Below are positions 26,052-35,562 of a DNA stretch of 64,000 bases, piece by piece (position 1 is the stretch's first letter; each line of letters opens with the position of its first letter). This DNA is from an uncultured delta proteobacterium (GTDB lineage: Bacteria; Desulfobacterota; Binatia; Binatales; Binataceae), in assembly GCA_963842085.1 (NCBI GenBank), contig CAWJET010000001.1:1440001-1504000 (forward strand), in the 5' to 3' direction. Under the pieces are notes generated by a model, which was given only the letters and a program-made list of their open reading frames with translations, made no database searches and was not told where the DNA came from. A program made the translations under genes and the position numbers.

Positions 26052-26107
26052 GAAAAACACCGCCCCCGGGTATCGCTCCACTCTCACGATACCGCGGGGG
26101 CGCTGTG
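26052..26107 (-). terminator. Intrinsic terminator after the aldehyde dehydrogenase
   Basis: On the minus strand, a long GC stem CGCCCCCG(C)GGTATCG...CGATACCCGGGGGCG is followed by TGTTTTTCTT. Confidence 0.7.
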
Positions 26108-26116
26108 CTTAACAAA

Positions 26117-27526
26117 TTATGAAAGCTTGACGGAGTTAACCACCTGAATTTCCGTGAAGCCGAGCAGCCCCCAGGTGCCGTTCTCCACGCCAATCCCCGA
26201 CCACTTCGCTCCGCCGAACGGCAGATTCGGTGCGATCGCGAGATGCTGATTGACCCACGCCGAACCGCATTCCAGTTGCGACGCGACCTCAGCGCCGCGC
26301 GCCGAATCGTTGGACCACACCGAGCCGCTCAGCCCGAAGTGCGTCGCGTTCGCGCGGCGAATCGCGTCATCGACATCCTTGTAGGGAATGACCGGAAGCG
26401 CGGGACCGAACTGTTCTTCATCGACGAGCCGCACGCCGTCGGAAATATTTCCGACAATCGTCGGCGCGAAGAAGTAGCCCTCCTTGCCCACGCGCGAGCC
26501 GCCCGAGACAATTTTGGCGCCGTGCCTCTTCGCGTCCTCGACCAGCTCCGTCACGCGCTCGAACTGCGGCTTGTTGTTGATCGGACCGAGCTGGGTGCCG
26601 GCCTCGAGACCGTCGCCCACCTTGACGCCGCGCGCGAGCTCGCCAAGGTTGTCGAGCAATGCGGCGTACATCTGTTCTGGAACGTACACCCGCTTGATCG
26701 CGCTGCAGATCTGCCCGGAGTTCTCGAACGCGCCCCAGAAAATCTTGGGCGCGACAGCCTTGGGATCGACGTCCGACAAGATGATCGCGGCGTCGTTGCC
26801 GCCGAGCTCGAGCGTAAGCCGCTTCAGATCGGGCGCGGCTGCCGCAGCAACCTTCTTGCCGGTTTCGATCGAGCCGGTGAATGAAATCTTTCTCGGCACC
26901 GGATGACTGGTCATCCAGGCGCCGAGGTCGTCGCCGCCCGAGACCACGTTGAGGACTCCGGGCGGAACGATGTCGCGCAGGATCTCGCCAAGCATCAAGG
27001 TCGTGATCGGAGTGAACGGCGACGGCTTCAGCACGATGGTGTTGCCGGCGAGCAGGGCCGGCGCGATCTTCCACATCGCGAGCATGATCGGGTAATTCCA
27101 CGGTGTGATCGCGGCGACGACGCCGAGCGGCTTGCGCTTGATTTCGATTTTGCCCTGCGGCGTGTCCTGAAGAACCTCGGCAGGCAAATCGAGCATCGCC
27201 GTGTATGCGCACCACATCGAGGTGCCCATGATTTCCTGTCCGGCCTTGTCGAGCGGCTTGCCCTGCTCGAGCGTGAGCGTCCGCGCCAGACCTTCAGGCG
27301 GCTGTTGCAGCGCGGTAGCGCATTCCTGCAGGACCTTGCGGCGCGCGTTGATGTCGCGGCCCCAGGCGGGGAACGCCTTTAGGGCAGCGGCCATCGCCTG
27401 GTCGAGTTCGGCCTTGGTGCAATCGGGAACCTCGGCGAAAACCTTGCCGGTGGCAGGATTGATGACGCCAGTGGATTTCGATCCCTTCACCGACTTACCG
27501 TCGATGGTCATGGTGTATCCGGGCAT
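26117..27526 (-). CDS. NAD-dependent aldehyde dehydrogenase
   Basis: ITPWNYP, FTGS, LELGG, GQIC, EEQFGP. Confidence 0.95.
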   Translation of the reverse strand: MPGYTMTIDGKSVKGSKSTGVINPATGKVFAEVPDCTKAELDQAMAAALKAFPAWGRDINARRKVLQECATALQQPPEGLARTLTLEQGKPLDKAGQEIMGTSMWCAYTAMLDLPAEVLQDTPQGKIEIKRKPLGVVAAITPWNYPIMLAMWKIAPALLAGNTIVLKPSPFTPITTLMLGEILRDIVPPGVLNVVSGGDDLGAWMTSHPVPRKISFTGSIETGKKVAAAAAPDLKRLTLELGGNDAAIILSDVDPKAVAPKIFWGAFENSGQICSAIKRVYVPEQMYAALLDNLGELARGVKVGDGLEAGTQLGPINNKPQFERVTELVEDAKRHGAKIVSGGSRVGKEGYFFAPTIVGNISDGVRLVDEEQFGPALPVIPYKDVDDAIRRANATHFGLSGSVWSNDSARGAEVASQLECGSAWVNQHLAIAPNLPFGGAKWSGIGVENGTWGLLGFTEIQVVNSVKLS

Positions 27527-27621
27527 GTGAATCTCCTTGTTGAGCGAATCCGTGGGGCAACTGTCAATTGATTCATTACAACGCCGGTCGCCTCGCGCGC
27601 AAACCGCGGCGCGCCGACGAA

Positions 27622-29007
27622 TCAGCCGGCGATCTTCTCATCCAATCCCGCCACCTTCAACGCCTTTCGCTTTGCACCCTTGAGGTCATAGTACCTGCGC
27701 GTGACGATTCGCTGCGCATAGAGCCCGCCGCCGGCCTGCACGTTGGTGACCGCCTTCCAGCCGCCGTAGGCGTCCGCGGTCAGATCGCGGATCGCATGAA
27801 AGAGCCGCGCACGATATTCACCGTCGATTCCACTGCTGGTTCCCATGTACTTGCGAACCAGCGGGCCCGTCACTTCGTTCTCGAGGTCGGCAACGCCCGG
27901 CGCGGTGAGGATCGAGCCGCCCGCGATGTCGTGCAGGTGCCGCACCATCAGGTTGTAGTTCGAGGCGCCATGATACTTGCCGGCATTCGTGTAGAGCTCG
28001 TCGGGGAATGCGCCCTGCTCGGTAATCTGGCAGTTTGCGATCGCCGCCTCGAGCGCCGCGCGAATCAAGGTGGCATGGATGAGCATCTCGGAGATCTTCT
28101 CCTTGATGTGCCCTTCGCCCGCCAGCCCGTTGGCTTCCGCTATGAGCTGGGCGAAGCCGACTAGCAGGTCGCCCTCCTCCGCCATCGCCGAAAGGCCGCC
28201 CAACCGCTCCCAGAGCCCAAGTGAATGAGCGAACACGGCGGCCTGCTGGACTGCGCCGTCGAGAAAGATGCGCTCGTTCGGCACGAAAACGTTGTCGAGG
28301 ATCACGAATCCTTCAGGCATATGGATTTTCGAGGAAACCGGAAATGTGCGCGTGTCGGGATGACGCGGCGCAAATGTCGTATCGATTATCTTGACCCCGG
28401 GCGAGTTGACCGGCACCGCGCATCCGATCGCGTACGCCTCCTCGCCGGGCTTCATCGCCTTGGTCGGAATCACCATCAGGTCATGCGCCATCGACGCGCC
28501 CGTGATGTGCAGCTTGGCGCCGCGAATCACGACGCCGTCGCTCCGCCGCTCGACCACCCGGGTGTATGCGTCCGGATCGTCCTGCTTGCCGGGCGGACGG
28601 CTGCGATCGCCCTTCGCGTCGGTGATGCATTCGACGATGCGGACGTCGCGGCGCTGCGCGGCTCGCACGTAATGCCGGATGCGCTCCGCATATTCAGGCA
28701 GGGTGTCCGCGATCCGAGTTGCCGCGGTCGTCAGCGTCATGATCGACTGGTAGGTCACGTTGGCAACGATGTCGGACTCGAGCAGCAGTGGGATCCGGTC
28801 GCGCAACTCGTCGGCCGACCGCGGAATTGCCATCAACGGACTGACGGCCCCGGGCTCGGGCGAGTAGAACTTGTCGTAGCCCTCGGCTATTCGCGAGACG
28901 CATTCGCCAAGCAGCGGGTGCGTAACGATGTCGCGGACGCGCTCGCCTTCGAAATAAGTTTCGCGGTTGTCATCCAACGACTTCTTGTATTGCTGTCCGG
29001 TCATCAT
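27622..29007 (-). CDS. HpaB / 4-hydroxybutyryl-CoA dehydratase superfamily flavoprotein (divergent)
   Basis: ITDAKGDRS, IRGAKLHIT, DNVFVPNERIF; lacks the Fe-S cysteines of true 4-HB-CoA dehydratase. Confidence 0.8.
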   Translation of the reverse strand: MMTGQQYKKSLDDNRETYFEGERVRDIVTHPLLGECVSRIAEGYDKFYSPEPGAVSPLMAIPRSADELRDRIPLLLESDIVANVTYQSIMTLTTAATRIADTLPEYAERIRHYVRAAQRRDVRIVECITDAKGDRSRPPGKQDDPDAYTRVVERRSDGVVIRGAKLHITGASMAHDLMVIPTKAMKPGEEAYAIGCAVPVNSPGVKIIDTTFAPRHPDTRTFPVSSKIHMPEGFVILDNVFVPNERIFLDGAVQQAAVFAHSLGLWERLGGLSAMAEEGDLLVGFAQLIAEANGLAGEGHIKEKISEMLIHATLIRAALEAAIANCQITEQGAFPDELYTNAGKYHGASNYNLMVRHLHDIAGGSILTAPGVADLENEVTGPLVRKYMGTSSGIDGEYRARLFHAIRDLTADAYGGWKAVTNVQAGGGLYAQRIVTRRYYDLKGAKRKALKVAGLDEKIAG

Positions 29008-29368
29008 CGCGGTCTTCTCTCTCCTTGGGTGTCGCGCGAACAAATCCTGCGGCCTTTCCAGTCGCAGCAGCGCAGAAGCCTAGTGCGGAATGCCGTTGGA
29101 TAAAAGCCCTCAGCCAGAGCACCAGGCTGCGCAGCGTCCATATCATCGGCAACCGCGCCGTCGAGTGCTGGTACACATCGGTCAGGCCGTGATATCGCTG
29201 AAGGGCACTATCGACCATTTGATGAATACGGTTTCAACTATCCGACTTTGCCGAATGCTATAAGAAACAGGCACTTGACGGTATCAACCGCCTCAGCGCC
29301 TGATGGGCGCGGTCGAGACGATTTCCGAGAGTAGCTTTCCCGGCAAGCTACTCTGAGGTAGGCCTCAG

Positions 29369-30241
29369 ATGCTAGCGACTTCAAAAGAGTTCCTTCTGCG
29401 GGTGTTTCGCGATTTCTCCAAAGACGAATGCCCGTCGATGGCGGCGGCTTTGGCATACGCGACGCTGTTCTCGCTGCCTTCTCTCCTGCTGATCGTCATT
29501 TATATTGCCGGCCTCGTTCTGGGGCCGCAGGCTGCGAGCGGCCAAATCGAATCGAAGCTTAGCGGCGCGATGGGCCCGCAGGCGGCCGCACAAATCCAGA
29601 CCATGGTCAGCAACGTGGCTCAGAACCATGCTGTCGGATTGATCGCGACGGCGTTGGGATTTGTCGGGCTCATACTTTCCGCGACCAGCGTGCTGTTGCA
29701 ACTTCAGCAGTGTCTCAACAAGGCGTGGAAAGTAAAGGCGGTTGGTTCCGGCATAAGGAATTTCGCGATGCAACGGTTCCGCTCGATTCTACTGCTGATC
29801 GGAGCCGGGATCCTCGCGATGGTTTCGGTGGCGGCGAGTTCGGCGATTTCGGCGCTGGCGCACATGCTGCCCTTCGCCGGGGCCGCGCACGCCGGGGAAT
29901 TGTTCACCTCATTGGTTCTGTTTGCGATCGTATTCGCGGCGATTCTGAAGGTAATGCCCGATGTCCAACTGCGCTGGAGTGATGTTTGGGTGGGTGGCGT
30001 GTTTATCGCCTTATTGTTCGTGGTCGGAAAATTCCTGATCGCCATTTACCTGGCGCACGCGGGGAAAGCCAGCGCCTACGGGGCTGCCGGGTCCCTGGCT
30101 ATAGTTCTACTGTGGACTTACTACTCTGCGCTGATCTTTCTGCTAGGAGTCGAATTAACCCAGGTATGGGTCCGCAGCCAGGGACGGAACGTTCTGCCAA
30201 AAGAAGGCGCCGTTCTGTTGGAGCCGCTGGCCAACAGCTAG
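29369..30241 (+). CDS. YihY/virulence factor BrkB family membrane protein
   Basis: AAALAYATLFSL, YGAAGSL, WTYYSA motifs. Confidence 0.9.
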   Translation: MLATSKEFLLRVFRDFSKDECPSMAAALAYATLFSLPSLLLIVIYIAGLVLGPQAASGQIESKLSGAMGPQAAAQIQTMVSNVAQNHAVGLIATALGFVGLILSATSVLLQLQQCLNKAWKVKAVGSGIRNFAMQRFRSILLLIGAGILAMVSVAASSAISALAHMLPFAGAAHAGELFTSLVLFAIVFAAILKVMPDVQLRWSDVWVGGVFIALLFVVGKFLIAIYLAHAGKASAYGAAGSLAIVLLWTYYSALIFLLGVELTQVWVRSQGRNVLPKEGAVLLEPLANS

Positions 30242-30578
30242 CGAGCCTCCACGAGTGTTGATCCCGTACTTCTTCAGCGCCGTGAGGATCACCTGGTTCT
30301 GCATCGAAAGGCCAGTGCCGTAGGTTAACTGTCAGTATGATCCTGTGCGCGAACCGAGCCAGGAGCGTGCGCTGCGTGGTCGGTTCCGGCAAGGTGCCAT
30401 GCATAACGCCGACGGTTTTCGGGAACCGCCTGCCGGCCTCGACCAGCCGCCAATTGGAGCAGTACTATAACGCTACATTTGGTTGACCAAACGATACGGA
30501 TTGGCGGATAAATTTCCAGTCTGGCCGTTGGTCGTGCCCGTGGCTGGCGGTCGGGAGACTCGTCAGGAGGTAGGTCGC

Positions 30579-31520
30579 ATGCCCAACTTTCGAATTCTGT
30601 CCTGCGACGGCGGCGGAATCCGGGGAGTGCTGAGTGCGGTGCTGCTTAATCGACTTCTCGGCAAGTATCCGGCGTTGTTGCAGGATCGACCCGGCACGAT
30701 CACGATGTTCGCCGGCACCTCGACCGGCGGAATCCTGGCTCTCGGTCTGGCTGCCGGTCTCACCCCCGCGCAGATTCGCGACCTCTACGTTACGAACGGA
30801 AAGCTGATCTTTGATTCCTCGTGGGGGCGCGATGTGGTCGAGCTGGGAGGACTCAGCGGCTCGAAGTACGACAACGTGAATCTCAAGCAGATTCTGCAGG
30901 ACACCTTCGGCGCTCTGAAACTCAAGGATCTGAAGCCACGCGTTCTGATCGCATCCTTCAGTTTGGACAATCAGGCGGCCGCTCCTTCCCCCCGCACTTG
31001 GAACCCGAAGTTCTTCCACAATTTTACCGGCGCCGACAGCGACGGCGAATCTCTGGTGGTTGACGTCGCCATGTCCACCAGCGCGGCCCCGACCTACTTC
31101 CCCTCGTACGGCGTGTTCATCGATGGCGGCGTGATTGCCAACAATCCGAGCATGGCCGCCGTGGTGCAGGCGATGGATGGCCGCAATCAGGCCGCCGAGC
31201 GAGCGACGCTGCAGGAGATCACGCTGCTGTCCGTCGGTACGGGCGCCTCGCTGCAATACATCGACGGGCAGAACCACGATTGGGGCGACGCGCAATGGAT
31301 CAAGCCAATCCTCAACGTGATGATGGACGGCAGCGTCGGGGTGGCTGATTTCGAATGCCGGCAACTCCTCGGCGATCGCTATTGTCGCGTCGAACCCATA
31401 TTCCCAGCCGGAAAGTCGTTCGCGATGGACGATGTCAGCAAGATCGTGGACCTGATGGACCTCGCAAATTCATTCGATCTCGCCGGCACCGTCGCATGGC
31501 TCCAGACCTCAGGATGGTGA
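30579..31520 (+). CDS. Patatin-like phospholipase
   Basis: DGGGIRG, GTSTG, SAAPTYF, DGG; AGGAGG RBS before ATG 30579. Confidence 0.9.
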   Translation: MPNFRILSCDGGGIRGVLSAVLLNRLLGKYPALLQDRPGTITMFAGTSTGGILALGLAAGLTPAQIRDLYVTNGKLIFDSSWGRDVVELGGLSGSKYDNVNLKQILQDTFGALKLKDLKPRVLIASFSLDNQAAAPSPRTWNPKFFHNFTGADSDGESLVVDVAMSTSAAPTYFPSYGVFIDGGVIANNPSMAAVVQAMDGRNQAAERATLQEITLLSVGTGASLQYIDGQNHDWGDAQWIKPILNVMMDGSVGVADFECRQLLGDRYCRVEPIFPAGKSFAMDDVSKIVDLMDLANSFDLAGTVAWLQTSGW

Positions 31521-31561
31521 GGCGTGCCGACGACTCCACCTAAGGTCGCGCGTCGACGGGA

Positions 31562-32071
31562 CTATTCAGTCGGCGGTCTCTCGCCGCGGTACTTGAGCGT
31601 GAGCTCCGCGACCCCGGCTGCGACGTTCAGTCCGTTCTGCCCTTCGACTGATACCGGCTGAAGCGCGATCGACTGATCGAAGCCTCCGACCAGCACATTT
31701 GCGCCCGCACCCACGCCAAGCGTGACGCTCGCGGCCACCCCGCCGTAGTGGCCGCTCAACGCCCCGGGCTTGAGATCTTTGGTCGGCGCCGCGACCGCCC
31801 ACAAGATCACGGATGATTTGAGATAGCCGATATCAGCGCCGAATTTCGAGACGCTTCCACTGTAGTATTCGACTCTTCCGCCATTGGACGAGTATGCGCA
31901 TTTGAGGTCGCGCGAAGATCCGAACACGAATCCCCATCCCGACGCTTCGTGACAAGTGAGATAGCCCGTCTTGACAGTGTACTTGCTGCCTTGGGCGTGC
32001 GCCGGTAATGACCAACAACTCAAGAAGAGAATACTGGTAGCGGCAAGCGCGATCCGAAGTCCTGGTTTCAT
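31562..32071 (-). CDS. DUF992 family secreted protein
   Basis: Signal peptide; G.LTC..GSS..L.C, GAGANVLVGG, IALQPVSV, GLNVAAG. Confidence 0.85.
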   Translation of the reverse strand: MKPGLRIALAATSILFLSCWSLPAHAQGSKYTVKTGYLTCHEASGWGFVFGSSRDLKCAYSSNGGRVEYYSGSVSKFGADIGYLKSSVILWAVAAPTKDLKPGALSGHYGGVAASVTLGVGAGANVLVGGFDQSIALQPVSVEGQNGLNVAAGVAELTLKYRGERPPTE

Positions 32072-32262
32072 CTCTCTCTCCTGAAGGCTAAGTAGTACGA
32101 TATCAACAGTCGACGTTAGCGAAGAACAACAACAGAGTTTTCCGCTTTACCTCTCCGATTTCAACTCTCCCCGCAAACCTAACGCCCCGGTTTGGTCCAC
32201 AAAGAACCGCCTCGACCGCTCTGGACGCCGACTAAGCGTCCCGGATTTTGATTTAGGCGCGG

Positions 32263-32370
32263 CTACCTCAGATCGCGGCCGGTGTAGCCGAGAATCGAGC
32301 GCGCGATTATCAGGCGCTGGATTTCGCCGGCGCCTTCGTAGATGTCGAAGATGCGGCCGTCTCGGAAGCA
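32263..32370 (-). pseudogene. C-terminal remnant of an acyl-CoA dehydrogenase
   Basis: Manual translation CFRDGRIFDIYEGAGEIQRLIIARSILGYTGRDLR*; in-frame TGA directly upstream and no start. Confidence 0.75.
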
Positions 32371-32449
32371 TCAATCCAACGGATAACCTTCCGAGAGAGC
32401 CTCCGGGCCGAGCAAGTTGGATGCATCCCTGGGTAATTTTTCGCGGGAG

Positions 32450-32479
32450 TTGACTATATAGACCACCATATAGTATCTT
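32450..32479 (+). promoter_or_regulatory. Sigma70-like promoter overlapped by a palindromic operator (candidate TetR site)
   Basis: TTGACT-N18-TATCTT; ACTATAT-N8-ATATAGT inverted repeat at 32453-32474. Confidence 0.6.
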
Positions 32480-32517
32480 TCCCAGTCGGTCGTCAAAACA
32501 CCGAAGCAGGTGCACAA

Positions 32518-33711
32518 ATGGCTGCGAAAGAGGAACTGACCCGGTACCGTTCAGAGGTAGTAAAGTTCATCGAGAGCGAGTTGCCTGACGCACTTCGGAA
32601 GGTGTCTACGATCCGCGGCGCCTTCGATGAGGAAGGACCGGAATCCGATCATTCCAATCCGTCGCTACGGAAAGCCAAAGCAAAATGGCGCGAGGCACTC
32701 CGCAAGAAGGGATGGCTGGCGCCCGCGTGGCCGACAAAATACGGTGGAGGCGGTCTCGGTCCGGCGCATCAGTTCATACTTATCGACGAGTTCATCAAAC
32801 ATAACGCGCCGCGATTCTTCGACATGGGCCTTGGGATGGTCGGCCCGACTATCATCTCCCACGCGACCGAAGAACAGAAAAATCGCATGCTCCCGCCCAT
32901 CCTCTCCGGAGAAGACGAGTGGTGCGAACTTTTCAGCGAACCTGCGGCAGGATCAGATCTCGCCGGCTTGAAATGCCGCGCGGTGAAACACGGCGACGAA
33001 TACGTGGTCAACGGGCAGAAGATCTGGACCACGTACGCAAACCGCGCAAACTGGGGTCTGCTGATGGCGCGAACGAATCCCGATGCGCCGCGGCATCGCG
33101 GGATCAGCATGCTTCGCGTGAACATGCATGCTCCGGGAGTAACGATCCGCCGCATCCAGAATCTCACCGATCACGAGTTCAACGAGGTGTTCTTCGAGGA
33201 TGTTCGTGTGCCCGCGAACGATCTGATCGGAGAGGAGGGTCGTGGATTTTACTACCTGATGAGCCTGCTCGATACCGAGCGCTCCGCGGTTTCCCAGGTC
33301 GCGACGATTGAGCGCACCCTCGATTCGCTGTTCCAGCTCGCGCGATCTCCAAATATTCCGCGCCTTTCGAACGCTGCGCGGACAGAACTCGTGAACCGTG
33401 CGATCGAGGTCGAGGTATTGCGCGGTCTTTCCCAGGGAGTCGCCGAGTTGCAGTTCCAGGGCAAAGTCCCCGTCCATCAAGCGTCCGTTTTGAAGCTCTA
33501 TCACACGGAACTCGCACAACGTCTCGCGGCCACCGGAATGAAGATGATCGAGACGCACGGACTGTTGTTCCGGGGCGAGAAGCGAGCGCCGCTGGATGGA
33601 ATGATCTCGCAGCAATACCTGTACGCGAGCACGCTCACGCTCCAGGTCGGAACCTCGGAGATCCAACGCAACATCATCGCGACTCGCGGGCTCGGATTGC
33701 CGCGCGCGTAA
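32518..33711 (+). CDS. Acyl-CoA dehydrogenase (catalytic subunit of a heteromeric FadE26-like pair)
   Basis: WPTKYGG, FSEPAAGSDLA, NGQKIWTT, FNEVFF, DTER, GTSEIQRNIIA. Confidence 0.9.
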   Translation: MAAKEELTRYRSEVVKFIESELPDALRKVSTIRGAFDEEGPESDHSNPSLRKAKAKWREALRKKGWLAPAWPTKYGGGGLGPAHQFILIDEFIKHNAPRFFDMGLGMVGPTIISHATEEQKNRMLPPILSGEDEWCELFSEPAAGSDLAGLKCRAVKHGDEYVVNGQKIWTTYANRANWGLLMARTNPDAPRHRGISMLRVNMHAPGVTIRRIQNLTDHEFNEVFFEDVRVPANDLIGEEGRGFYYLMSLLDTERSAVSQVATIERTLDSLFQLARSPNIPRLSNAARTELVNRAIEVEVLRGLSQGVAELQFQGKVPVHQASVLKLYHTELAQRLAATGMKMIETHGLLFRGEKRAPLDGMISQQYLYASTLTLQVGTSEIQRNIIATRGLGLPRA

Positions 33712-33775
33712 CGTTCGGAGGCTGCTGGAGCCGATCGAAGCAATATCGCACCTCGAACTTTGAAGGTCTCGAAGA

Positions 33776-34876
33776 ATGGACATAGGACTAAACGAAGAGC
33801 AGGAACTCCTGAAAAGCTCCGCACGCGCCTTCCTCGAGAAGGAATGTCCCGAGGAACATGTGCGTGCGATGGAAACAGATGAGAAGGGATACAGCCCGGA
33901 GTTGTGGCGAAAGATTGCCGAACTCGGCTGGCACGGACTGATGATTCCCGCGGAGTTCGGCGGAGCTGGATTGTCGTTTTACGATTTGTGCATCGTGGCG
34001 GAAGAGGCCGGACGATCGTTGCTGCCCGGGCCGTTCATTCCCAGCCAGGTCGCAGTTGGGCTTCTGCTGGAAGCTGGGTCTGCGGCGCAGCTGAAAACAT
34101 TTCTCCCCATGCTCGCAAACGGATCTCAGATACACACCTACGCATACACCGAGAGCACCGGCCGATGGGGTGCGGATGACTTGACATTGAAAGCGCGGCG
34201 CATCGGCTACAATATCGTGCTCGACGGGTCGAAGCTCTTCGTGCCCGATGCGCATGTGGCGGATCGTATATGGGTTCTCGCTCGAGATGAGAAAGGTTTC
34301 ATCGTGGTCGCGGTTCCTCGGACTGCAAAGGGTGTTCGGCTCGCGGCTCTCAGGACGATGACGGGACAGAAGCTCGCGGAACTCGTGCTGGAGAATGTCA
34401 GCGTGCCCAATGAAGACGTCATCGAGGTTCCCAACCTCGAGGTCTTCTCGAACCGGGCAACCGTCCTGGAGTGCGCATACCTGGTCGGTCTCGTGCAGAA
34501 GGATTTTGAGATTACGGTCGAATATGCGAAGCACCGCGAGGCGTTTGGCCGGCCGATCGGGTCATTCCAGGCGATTCAACATAAGGCGGCGGACATGGTG
34601 ACCGACGTCGATGGAATGAGATTCATCACCTACAGGGCGGCGGCTGCGATCAGCGATCGAGACCCATCTGCGAACCTGAAGGTCGCGATGGCAAAGGCGT
34701 GGTGCAGCGAGGCGAGCCGGCGCGTGGTCGCTCACGGGCAACAGATCCACGGCGCAATCGGATTCACCAAGGAGTACAGGATCCAGCTTTACTTCCGCCG
34801 TCAGAAGCACGGCGAGCTGTTCTGGGGCGATGCCGATTTTCATCGCGAACGTATCGCGCAAATGTTGAGCATCTGA
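33776..34876 (+). CDS. Acyl-CoA dehydrogenase (FadE27-like partner subunit)
   Basis: REAFGRPIGSFQAIQH, QIHGAIGFTKEY; lacks the SEP..GSD motif. Confidence 0.88.
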   Translation: MDIGLNEEQELLKSSARAFLEKECPEEHVRAMETDEKGYSPELWRKIAELGWHGLMIPAEFGGAGLSFYDLCIVAEEAGRSLLPGPFIPSQVAVGLLLEAGSAAQLKTFLPMLANGSQIHTYAYTESTGRWGADDLTLKARRIGYNIVLDGSKLFVPDAHVADRIWVLARDEKGFIVVAVPRTAKGVRLAALRTMTGQKLAELVLENVSVPNEDVIEVPNLEVFSNRATVLECAYLVGLVQKDFEITVEYAKHREAFGRPIGSFQAIQHKAADMVTDVDGMRFITYRAAAAISDRDPSANLKVAMAKAWCSEASRRVVAHGQQIHGAIGFTKEYRIQLYFRRQKHGELFWGDADFHRERIAQMLSI

Positions 34877-34877
34877 A

Positions 34878-35546
34878 ATGCCGACCGGCCGCGAAAAATC
34901 CGACCTGAGGAAAACGCGCAGCGAGCGTTCGTCGAAGCGCTTGCTCGAAGCCGCCACCGAACTGATTGCCGACCAGGGCTACAGCGCTACGACTATCGCG
35001 CAAATCGCTCAGAAGGCCGGATATAGCCACGGTCTCGTCAGCCAGCGCTTCGGATCGAAGAGCGACCTGATTCGGATGCTCGCGACCGAATTCCAGAACT
35101 ACTTCGCGATCGACAAACTCGAGCCAGAGCTCAAGGCGAGGAGCGGACTGGATGCGCTTATCGTGATTATCGAGACCTATCTCGACGCAGTCGCGGGAAG
35201 CGGCACACTCGGCCGCGCATACTACGAGCTATTTGGCGAATCGATCGTGCTGGTGCCCGAGATCCACGAGACATTCGTGCAAGCCGATCGCAACTTCCGC
35301 GATTTGCTGAGGAAAACGATTCGAGCCGCGATCGACCTGGGCGAGATTCCCGCAGTAGTTGACGTATCCGCGGTCGCAAGCGTGGTGCTCTCGATCGCGC
35401 GTGGCACCTCGATGCAATGGCTGCTCGACGGCGCCTCGCTCGATTTGCCGGCGATCAAAGCGGAAATCCGTCGCCTCTTTGAACTCGCGTTCTCGCGTTC
35501 CGCAACCGGCGCGCCATCGGCGAAGACCTCTAACGTGAACGGATGA
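34878..35546 (+). CDS. TetR/AcrR family transcriptional regulator
   Basis: N-terminal HTH (TTIAQIAQKAGYSHGLV..RFGSK). Confidence 0.9.
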   Translation: MPTGREKSDLRKTRSERSSKRLLEAATELIADQGYSATTIAQIAQKAGYSHGLVSQRFGSKSDLIRMLATEFQNYFAIDKLEPELKARSGLDALIVIIETYLDAVAGSGTLGRAYYELFGESIVLVPEIHETFVQADRNFRDLLRKTIRAAIDLGEIPAVVDVSAVASVVLSIARGTSMQWLLDGASLDLPAIKAEIRRLFELAFSRSATGAPSAKTSNVNG

Positions 35547-35562
35547 GCTGCGCAGATTTCCA

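Noticed and set aside
27622-29007. 4-hydroxybutyryl-CoA dehydratase implying carbon fixation
   Set aside because: The cysteine ligands for the 4Fe-4S cluster are absent.
30579-31520. CBASS CapV effector
   Set aside because: No CD-NTase or other CBASS gene nearby; neighbours are ordinary genes.
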